A stretch of 63,485 nt of DNA, the filler included, from Perkinsus chesapeaki ATCC PRA-425 (Eukaryota > Protista > Perkinsozoa): NCBI GenBank assembly GCA_013115145.1. It is 6 parts of 6 records of this genome, joined end to end, with 100 filler letters (N's around TTAATTAATTAA, not from the genome) between each part and the next. Parts side by side here need not be neighbours in the genome. Positions count along the whole stretch, not along the records: positions 42,383 to 52,800 come from JAAPAO010000888.1; positions 52,901 to 57,628 come from JAAPAO010001234.1; positions 57,729 to 61,078 come from JAAPAO010001425.1; 3 more parts are not named here. The stretch is one strand, 5' to 3'. The position numbers were made by a program, and so were the translations under genes. This document shows positions 51,716 to 61,178 of this stretch, piece by piece; position 1 is the first letter of the stretch, and each line of letters begins with the position of its first letter. Under the pieces are notes generated by a model that was not told where the DNA came from, made no database searches, and was given only the letters and a program-made list of their open reading frames with translations.

Positions 51716-52900
51716 TTCCGAACTATCAATGCCAGTTCATCTAATTGAATCCGTCACGTAATGACTCATTAATGAGCCGCATCAAGTGCGGCTCACGGCC
51801 TGATGGAACATCATTTTCACGATCACGATCACACTACTGGAGTTGCTCGTGAATCACGAGTCGTGATCACTGATCTTGGATCTTATCGCAGACGCCTCTT
51901 GGAATCCGACTCGGAATGTCGGATCGTGGATTTTATGATGGCGGCTGCCCCGTGGGGCAGCCACAATTCTAAACCTTTTCAATATCTAGTTCGTCCTCCG
52001 GTGAACTCGGGCTCAGATTAACTCGAAGTTTTGAAGTTCGAGTAAAGTTCTTCTTTCCTTATAAAGTTCAACTTCATAACCACGCAGACTAGGAGGAAAT
52101 TGATTGTCCGAAAACGAAATTAAGTGGGCGAAAGGGACAGTTCTAAAACGAAATTGAATCTTCGTATTCGGACCATCAACTTCGCTCACCGCAACGAAAT
52201 CGATGTTCTCAAGGGCAAACTAGATATTGAAAAGGTGTTGTATGTTCCCATATATATTACTCTAGATATTTACACAGTGTAGAGCACATGATGTTGTGAT
52301 ATCAACAGCGCCCTAAACCTCACTGGCAGTGAGTCACTGCCCTATATTAACAGTGTTAATTAAACACAACTCTGTTCATATTAACTGAGCTCCCGTATAA
52401 TTCGATACAAAAAGCAGGAGTATTATGTTAGGTAAGCGAATGTCGTGATCCAAGTCACATTACCACATACAGAATTGTATCACTGGATCTACGATAGACC
52501 ATGTGTGAAGAAGGTGTCATGGATACCTGTGCTTCGAATGCATCAATTCAGAGGGAGCCTTTGAGAGGCTAGAGTAACTCTACTAGAGCTCAGAATGCCC
52601 TCGACATGCTAGCAGATGACAGCGGGACTTCACAATGGCTACAGTAGCCAGGCTACTGAACTTTCGGGTTTGAGGTCATGCCTCGGACTGAAGCTCTACG
52701 ATATGGCCCGTGGTGGTCTACGTCATGCTCGTAAAATCCCATCGAACACGGGAGTGCGGGAGGAATACTCAAACCCGAAACCCGAACACACTCCAAAAGT
52801 NNNNNNNNNNNNNNNNNNNNNNNNNNNNNNNNNNNNNNNNNNNNTTAATTAATTAANNNNNNNNNNNNNNNNNNNNNNNNNNNNNNNNNNNNNNNNNNNN

Positions 52901-53848
52901 TCGGGAACTTACAATTGCCCGAAAGGGATCTGTAACCTTTACCTTTGCCTTTGTACCCTTACCCTTACCCTTACCTCCACCACTCGCCATCGGACCAGAA
53001 TACCAGTTGGAGGCAGCCGAGCTCATTGCCGATATACAACATAGATCAGAGGTTGCGAACTCCTCTGCCCTCGATAGGACAGACACCACCGCCTCAGTAT
53101 ATGACATATTCTCCTTGGCAGCAAGCTGGTGCGCTAGGACCCTTAGACGACCACGAAAGTTACGGTCAACCCGAAGGCACACCGAATCGCCGGACATCAT
53201 CGACACCTTCGCCAGATAACATATATACTCCGCCATAGCCGCTCCTTTCTGGGCCGAACATGCAACTTCGACCGCTACCAGCCAACCGCATAGCGGGAAC
53301 ACCAGCTCGCTGAAACAGCGGGGCTCCCTGGCCCCAGACCTGATCCGCACTTGGACCATTTCACCATCCAGACGCTCTCTAGTCTCGGTAGAGTCCTCCG
53401 CGTTAGCCTGATCACTTGGGACACGAAGAGTTCTGTACACACCTGGGTCAAGCATAATAGCCGCCAACATAGGCGGGTCAACCAACAGATTATTAGACAG
53501 GCCACCGCCATACCTTGTTGTGGATCTCGACAAGAAGTCAACCCTCAGTTTGGCAGGGGGTAACCTTTTACCACCGGTAGCGTCCACCACAGCTTGCAGC
53601 TCAGTCTTCAGACGCATCAGCGACACCTGACGGCCCAGCTTCTGATCCTCCGAAGCGTCTGCGACCTCCGGCGAGAACTTCTTATAAAGAGCTTCACGAA
53701 GCTCCTGATTAGCCAGCACACCTTCAATATCACCTAGGCGGTCCAGGCCCATGCTCTTCAGAGCCTGTACTGCCTGCTGAGCAAGCTCAGCTGTGCACCC
53801 AGCAGTTGCCAACTCCTTGAAAGCCTCCGATGACAAGGAGTCACTCAT
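52901..53848 (-). mobile_element. Gag-like ORF1 of a DIRS/tyrosine-recombinase-type retrotransposon, truncated by the gap
   Basis: EYICYLAKVSMMSGDSVCLRVDRNFR resembles the DIRS gag Y..LA...W....YD..FR motif; G/K-rich tail; RT and YR not in the contig. Confidence 0.55.
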
Positions 53849-54041
53849 TACTGTTAAGGAGGGGGAAAAATAAACTGAAAATGAGACTAAAAAAAGGATA
53901 CAAATCCATCGAACCTCCTCCCGGAGCCAGCCGACCTAACTGAGTCTTATTCAGCAAGTTTTACAAACGGACGCTACATGTCAAATAAAAATAGCTTAGA
54001 CATGCGAATTCAACACTTGAATTGGAAGACACCAGGAGGCG

Positions 54042-54741
54042 ATTAAAGTGAAATGGGCTTCCGAGTTCCGAGTCCGAGTGCTCGGACCCGAGTTCCGAGC
54101 TCGGACACTTCCTCTCCCGAGTTGCCGCAATTAAAGTGAACTGACTCGGAAACACCACTTCTCCGAGCTCTTCTGCCGAGGACTCGATAAAAGGCATTTC
54201 AAATGAATTAAAGTGTTTAAACTCGGTGCCGGACTTAACTCGGGAAACTGACGCTACTCGGAAACTGCTACTCCTACTGGTAACAGTGCACTTCACTCAG
54301 ACTCGGGGGACTCCGACTCCGTATCGGATTCGACATCGGATTCAATATCCTCTTCTTGCTCAATTTTGTTGACAATGATGTAATTGCGAAGCGCAGCACA
54401 AGCTCTTACGACATTGGCATTGCATGCAAGTAACGTAAGATGTTTGTGAGGCGATAAAAGTGTTTCTTGGGGAGAATTGATGTTGTGTATGAAGAATCTG
54501 CTTTACTCCGAACAGTTTTCGGAGTCTACAATTACTCCGAAGAATTGCAGTACTCGGGATGGGCTTAACTGAATACTTTAACGCATTGCTCGGAAAATAA
54601 GGTCATTTGGGTCGTTTCTCCGAGACCGAGTACTCGGGTTTTCACTTGGGATTATGAACGCACTTTAATTCCAACTTTTAACCCGAGCTCGGGAAACGCC
54701 CTTTTCCGAGTACTTAGACTCGGAAAATCGAGCACTTTAAT
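54042..54741. mobile_element. MITE-like element rich in CCGAG/CTCGG motifs with inward-facing ATTAAAGTG / CACTTTAAT repeats
   Basis: ATTAAAGTG at 54042, 54130, 54207; CACTTTAAT at 54661, 54733; many CCGAGT/ACTCGG copies; no coding potential. Confidence 0.55.
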
Positions 54742-54833
54742 TGGCTCTAGATGTAAGCCAGGTCGAACTGCAAAAAAAGACAGTTGTGTATGTTCCTATT
54801 TCTATTTTCCTGCAGGAATACTGCAAATCGCTG

Positions 54834-54925
54834 TGCAACTCTACTGTCATCGATATTTGTGCTGGCGTAGGGTCATATTGCAACTCTACTGTCATCGATA
54901 TTTGTGCTGGCGTTGGGTCATATTG
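54834..54925 (+). repeat. 45-bp tandem duplication inside a small Cys-rich ORF (CNSTVIDICAGVGSY x2)
   Basis: Two near-identical 45-nt units. Confidence 0.9.
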
Positions 54926-55214
54926 TAAAGACTTTGGTCCACCTGGCACCAAGTTAGGAGTTTGCCAAGTCTGCCGTTCCTTTAGTCATAGCGCAACAAA
55001 GGATAGGTAAACCAAAAGTTATATATAGTTTTTTGATGACTCTGTTACGATCATGAGTATCCGAAACGGTTGCAGTTTCATACACTGTTTCAGATGAGGG
55101 CGATCGCTAAATGCACTTCGCTTCGGTCATGTGAATGACACACTCCCGGGGACAGAAATATTATGAATTAATAGTAAAAAATATACGTGAAATTGCACAC
55201 ACAAAAACACACTC

Positions 55215-57053
55215 TCAGTCGTCACTATCATATAGGTCAGGGTTGTCTCCTACAAAGTTGGTGATGAAGTTCTTAATGGATCTGGTCATCCGCAAAGGGG
55301 CCTCGTAGTGGGCGTCGACGTCACACATATACTGGGAATCGACGTGGTCAGTTAGGATTTCAGTAGATCCATCGGAGTGAACTCTCCTCAGACTCATCCT
55401 TCTCAACTCGGCGTCGTACTGGCCAAAGGCACGATGTTCATGTCCTTGACTGTCAATCCATCGGAAACAATAGAAGTCACCGTCTTTCAATTCCAAAGTC
55501 GTGCCATCTTCGGAGGTAGTCGATTTAGAGGTTGGTGACTCGACACTCACAATGTCGCTAGCATGATACTGCTTAAGATTGAAATAGCACTCCTGGAACT
55601 TGAGCTCAGCGCCGGTCTCGATCTCTTGTAAGCGGTATAGCATTTTGTCCTTGGTGACGGCGATAACTCTGTAAGGGCCCTTCCATGACACATCTTGCTT
55701 GAGGGGAGGAGGTACAAGACGAAGGACGAGTGATCCGACATCAAAGGTCTTGAAACCGGGTTGATGAGGAAGCTTGGAAGCTCTAGCTCGGATTCTATCC
55801 TTCGCTTCTTTCACTAGTGTGAAGAAGTCGAGTAAGCTTCGAGTACGGCGTTCTCGTAACTCATCATAGATGTTCTTAAAGGTAGTGGGCATCGGCGGTG
55901 GCTGACCTTCCATGATACTCGGAATCCATACCTCAAGCTTAGATCGAGACCAATCTTCTAGGTCCTCCGCAGGGGCGAGTAGTCGGGGTCGACGACAGTA
56001 AAACAGTTGAAAGGCTGACAAAGTGCCCAGGTCATGACGAGGTGAGCAGTTTATAGCATACACAGCTTCCGCGATTATGTCTACTAGGAGACGTGGTTGA
56101 CCTTGTTCTTGTAGTAAGCGGTGACGTAGTTGGCTCAGTAGAACTCCATGCCCTCTTTCGTAGACCGCGGCGATGAACTTGGACTGCCGGGGAAAGACCG
56201 TAAATGCGATTGATCTCGTCACACAAAAACCTTCGACAGCGCGACTGGTCATGGCTGATCCAGCATCAACAGTGATGCACGCCGGGTCGCCTACGATGGA
56301 GAATAGCTGGGTTAGAGAAGAGCATATAGAGGTGGCTGTAGGGGACGTCGTGGTGTCGTACAGTAAGAAGCCGGATACCGGATCGGTACAGGTGAGAACC
56401 CACACCTTTTCACCGGAAACAGGGCAACGGTATGGGCCAGCGTGATCAAGGCACCAAACTTGACCGATGTCGAAACAAAGGTGAGCAGGTCGAACACATC
56501 CGGCGCGCTTCTTGTAACCTGATTGCTTCTTGGCCAGCTGGCAGGTATGACATGTTTTCAGGAGACGGAGTAGCGCGACTCGCAGTTTGGGAGTGTAAAA
56601 GGCTTCATTGTAGAGGGATCTCAGCTTGGGCGTATTATCGTGACCAAGCTTGTCGTGTAAGAGACTGAGTACTTCGTCGCATCCTTGTCCACGTGGTAGC
56701 ACTGGTCGAGATATGGTATTGCCATTGCTGTCGCTGACGCCACTGTATAGGAGTAAACCGGTAGCCGGGCATAAGTGGTATAATCTCAAATTATGAGCGA
56801 CTTCACCAGATGGTGTTGAGTTGAGGGTGTCGATGGTGGCCTTGGTTCGCTCGTCACTCTGTTGAAATTGCATCAGTTGGTCGTTGCTGAAGTGATTAGC
56901 CACAGAAATTGTATCATAGGCGAGGATATTGATGTCGGCTGATGCTGTCGGTGTATGCACATAGGAGAGGTTCTTGATTCGAGCCGCCTGCAGCCCACTA
57001 TCTATAAGGGAGTCTTCGAGAAGAGTAGGTAGTGTGATGAAATGTGCACACAA
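55215..57053 (-). mobile_element. Ty3/gypsy LTR-retrotransposon pol C-terminus (integrase)
   Basis: HHCC zinc finger (LHDKLGH...CHTC), rve core (CLDHAGP, TVDAGS, YERGH), GPY/F motif WKGPYRV; upstream frame broken by stops. Confidence 0.92.
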
Positions 57054-57176
57054 TTGGTATCTTTTATTGTGCGCGCTGTCTCCTTTTCCTTAGCCTAGCG
57101 CAACCACTATTATTGTATGTATTAAAACTTTATTAGAACCACCTTTAAACGGCTCTTGTTGAGTTGTTTATTCTAC

Positions 57177-57628
57177 ATGGCGCTCCCCGAAGGAATTTTC
57201 GTTTCGCTTGCCGAGACACTCTTTGACAAGGTCATTGTTTGTAACGAGACCATCGACTTAGGACAACTTTAGAATGTTATAGCCGATGAGCTTGTGTCTG
57301 GCTTTGAGGTACCGGACAAAGCCCTTAGCCTCGAAGAGTTAGAGACCTTGGTGAAAAAGGGATTGGAGGAGACGGTTATTCTGCTCATTGGTTCTCCGTC
57401 TGAGTCAGAGTTTCTTCAGAAGTCTGTTGAAAACTTTATGCTTTTGGTCCCTTATGTTCTTCCTGCCCTGCTGAGTAAACTGAGTGCGAAGGGCATTGCT
57501 GTTGAGGCCTCTGAGAAGGCCAAACGAGATTGCCGCGTCAGGAAGCTCAACGCAGGAAGGAAGTTACTTGCAGGGAACTATAGCATATTTGTGAGTGGTT
57601 TCAGTGATAGACTTCGATCAAGTAGTTT
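57177..57628 (+). pseudogene. 5' part of an unrelated ORF with one internal TAG, running into the gap; probably another element
   Basis: MALPEGIFVSLAETLFDKVIVCNETIDLGQL*NVIADELVSGFEVPDK... in one frame. Confidence 0.45.
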
Positions 57629-57846
57629 NNNNNNNNNNNNNNNNNNNNNNNNNNNNNNNNNNNNNNNNNNNNTTAATTAATTAANNNNNNNNNNNNNNNN
57701 NNNNNNNNNNNNNNNNNNNNNNNNNNNNTTATCTAGTCTACTATGAATTTAATTCTCAAATTGTTCGATGAACAAATATAATGAATGTTGTGTTGTTTAG
57801 TATATGGGGGTTGAAGGACGCCACGTAGCCTTGCAGAACTGTGCTG

Positions 57847-57868
57847 CTCAGGAGTCCTGAGTCAGGAC
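57847..57868. repeat. 22-nt excision-type footprint CTCAGGA-GTCCTGAG-TCAGGAC (site CTCAGGAC)
   Basis: Exact match to the pattern, in a different contig. Confidence 0.85.
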
Positions 57869-58329
57869 ACACCTGCAATGCAGGAGGTTTTCTGAGGCAG
57901 TATAATAGCCTTTGTAACTTGCAGGTCCACGACCAAAGTCGAATGTGTGCTATTCTGCTGTCCTCTCCTCGATTTTGGAGAATACCACCTCCGCAGCCTT
58001 TTGCTACAAGCCATACCAAGACTCGACGAACTATCCAGGAATTCTGAACCACGAATCCAGATTCGTGACTGCCAAGGGCATCGCTCCCGAAGTTGGCGAG
58101 AGAATTTGTGATAAATATCCCATATCTTCCCGGCTGATGTTAGTGATTGATTCCAGTTCACTGCCATACCGACACTCACTGGTACCACACAACACTCTTT
58201 TAATATACGTGAGACAATCAAATGAGCCTATCGGCCGTTGCTCACCAGTCTGTTTCCAAAATTTGTCGCATGCACGGAAAAGATCAGTCAGTACGATTAC
58301 GGAACTAAATCTAATCTAGTGATGCCAAG

Positions 58330-59238
58330 CTACATTCTTCTAAGTCTAAAACCAGTGGTCTCAGTAGACTGAGATATGGAAGGCTGTACAGTCGTTGAAA
58401 GAGGAGCCTGAGTGATATTCACTCCAGTAGTGCTCATTGAGGTAGTTGATTCTCCGAGCGTAGTATATTGACCAGAGGTGCCAACTGCCTCAGTTGAATT
58501 AAGTGGTACTTCAGCTGTGGTATTGAAGGTTGGCGCCGTTGTAGTCCAGTCATCAGTAAAGTTACCGGGAATGGCCGTTGTTGTCACCAAAGGACCGGTA
58601 GTAGTTGCTGATTGATTTGTCGGGTAGACAAGTGTAGTCACTGTACCATTGGCCTCCGTCGTGGGGGAGGTAGTGGTAGTGGCATTGATAGGCTGCGTAA
58701 CTTCCTCCCACATCGTAGTATTCGCTGGTGTAGCGGTACTTAAAGTCGGATCCGCAGTTGTCAACACCGTGGTCTCATTATAACCTATAGTTGTCGGTGC
58801 AGATGTGGTTGTAGAGTTGTACGATGCAGTGGTGTAATTATCAGCCGATGTGAAATTGGCATTGGTAGTAGTAACGGGCACAGTAGCGGTCGTCGGATAG
58901 GGGGAGCTACTACTATCAGGAGTCTTGCAAGTGCAAGGGACGTTAGTAGCGGAACATACACTTGGCCTCTGCCAAAACTTGCAATATGAGCCTGTCCTGA
59001 TCTTATCACAACCAGCATCACATGCAGCAGGCAAATCCAAAGGTACGGCGATAGCCACGTTACACGAGCACTTTACATTCGTGCCGATACAAGTCGGCTG
59101 GTCTTGCCAGTACCTGCAGTATGACCAAGAGTATATTGATGAACAGTTGCTGAGACAGAAGCTAATAGGCACCGGGTCGCCGGACGAGAAGACACCGAAG
59201 ACGGTAGAGACGGCAACGACACTGCGAATGATGAGCAT
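58330..59238 (-). CDS. Secreted protein: signal peptide, two Cys-rich modules and a Thr-rich mucin-like tail
   Basis: 302-aa intronless ORF; SYCRYWQDQPTC and SYCKFWQRPSVC modules; many N-x-T/S sequons. Confidence 0.85.
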   Translation of the reverse strand: MLIIRSVVAVSTVFGVFSSGDPVPISFCLSNCSSIYSWSYCRYWQDQPTCIGTNVKCSCNVAIAVPLDLPAACDAGCDKIRTGSYCKFWQRPSVCSATNVPCTCKTPDSSSSPYPTTATVPVTTTNANFTSADNYTTASYNSTTTSAPTTIGYNETTVLTTADPTLSTATPANTTMWEEVTQPINATTTTSPTTEANGTVTTLVYPTNQSATTTGPLVTTTAIPGNFTDDWTTTAPTFNTTAEVPLNSTEAVGTSGQYTTLGESTTSMSTTGVNITQAPLSTTVQPSISQSTETTGFRLRRM

Positions 59239-61178
59239 TGAGAAATGTTGGCAAAGCTAAGGAACATAAGATACATTGAATGTTCACGCGATCCTTGTAA
59301 TGTGGGATGAGATAAGAACATTTGTCGATGTGTCACGAAACGGCTTTCCGTTTTCCTCTGAAGGGATCCTTGCTCTCGCGTGCTTGTCATGCAGTGATTG
59401 CTGGTACGGACACAGAATGGGTTCTTTGAGATGCGATTATCCTCGAAGAGTACATGGTGGGATTGAAACCCACACAAAAAGGGACGGTGCGAACTCATTT
59501 CCCAGTTTTATATCTTCCTAACACGCGAGGAAGCATGAAAGACGGGACATCTACAAAAAATATTCAGCTTTGATGGGGCCGAGCAACTCGAAACTGTCAG
59601 ATCCACGAGGAACTTTCTCGGACGGAGAGACCCTCGGGTGAAGAGACTTTTTCGACATGTTCAGTGATATCGGCTTTAAAATCAAGGCTGCCGCCAGAGA
59701 GTAGATTGGCGCACTCGAGGCTGCTCAAGCTGATCTTCAGTAACTGAGAGAGCATTTGTCAGCCTAGTAATAGGACTTCTCCCACTGTCGCCGACACAAA
59801 AGAGCGGATGTCTACTAAACACAAAACCCAGTAAACTAAGTTGTTTGTGATGCTTGCTGCTCTTTAAACAAACACGGATCCCGCTCTCTATAGAAACACT
59901 GTCTACGCCTTCGCGATCCGATCCTCGATAAACACAACAGCAAGACGACTGCATGGGTAAATCATCTGGTTCCAACGGATCTAGTTGAGTAAGATAGATA
60001 CCGCTGAACACATCAATATGTCAGCGATACGAGCATATGTAAAGATAGACATCGACATATATCGCTATACGCTTGAGTTTCAACACAAATAGGCAAGAAA
60101 GAAGCAGACTCTGGCTCCAGCTGTACCTCCATCACTTGATTTTTTCAATTTAGTTTTGAAATTGTTCGATGGACCAAGTTGTCAGCGCGTTTTTCAGTAA
60201 AGGATGCCATGCATATGGTATGACTGCATGGCAGTAATGGATAACATTGTTGACCAGAAGGTGTTTTTGGGATGAGTCGCATAAGAATCTATATCCTGCA
60301 ACTTCTCGACAGATATACAGAACTATTCAAACAAATAAGAGATGCTTTTGTTATAGAATGGTACTCGACCTGAAAGTTCTGTGCGTTATGTTGTGGACGA
60401 TGCTACTTGCCCAGCCTGCAGCCTAGCGAGCTTCAACATGGACTTCTAGTACTATTCCATGACGAGTCCTGATTCAGGATTGCCAAACGCATCAATTGAT
60501 TAGATAAAGTTACTCCAGAGTGGCAAAATAGTGGTACCCTCCAGCAGGTTCCACTGTTTATCTCTGCATCGCGAAGTCTATGAATCTCACCCGAGGATAA
60601 CAAGTTCGAGATGGGATTTGTAGTTCGAATTTTGTATCACATAATATTAATCGTCTTCCCGGCTGATATTAGTGATTGATCCTCGTTCACTGCCTTACCG
60701 ACACTCACTAGTACTATGCAAGACTGCTGGTGCAGTTCTAATACAAATGCGCCTGTTTTGTTGTAAGTATTGAAACAAGTATCCCACAACGACATAGAGA
60801 AACGTGGTTTTTCGTACAACAAACACGCTGCCTTTGATACCACAGTGACCAATAGCAGCAAAGACTCGGATCGGTGAAATAATGAGAGCGACAAATATTC
60901 ATTGACCGGTTGGGCTTAAAGTTGGACTCGAGTTAGGTGCATTGTTGTTGTAAATGCGCCTCCAGTATATTCTAGTGAAGTTAATAGTTTACAGTTATTC
61001 GGAGAAGCTTAACGGTACAGAGACAGGCATGCTGTGATATTGTGTGACGATACACCAGCTCAGCTTTGCGTTGCAGGANNNNNNNNNNNNNNNNNNNNNN
61101 NNNNNNNNNNNNNNNNNNNNNNTTAATTAATTAANNNNNNNNNNNNNNNNNNNNNNNNNNNNNNNNNNNNNNNNNNNN

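Larger units (their letters stand above)
43794..52590. repeat. Cluster of 23 stereotyped 22-nt footprints N1-7/rc(N1-8)/N2-8. Exact copies start at 43794, 44991, 45861, 45973, 46226, 47268, 47629, 49256, 49939, 50793, 51341, 51846, 52319. One mismatch: 46822, 49678, 49805, 49958, 50879, 51684, 52346. Two mismatches: 51642, 52569. Double-inversion variant: 46339
   Basis: Each read directly, e.g. TCATGAA-CTTCATGA-CATGAAG, GTCACAA-TTTGTGAC-TCACAAA, CTCACTG-GCAGTGAG-TCACTGC. Confidence 0.9.

Noticed and set aside
52901-57053. gag and integrase as one retroelement
   Set aside because: On the minus strand the integrase lies upstream of gag and the gag looks DIRS-like, so these are separate elements
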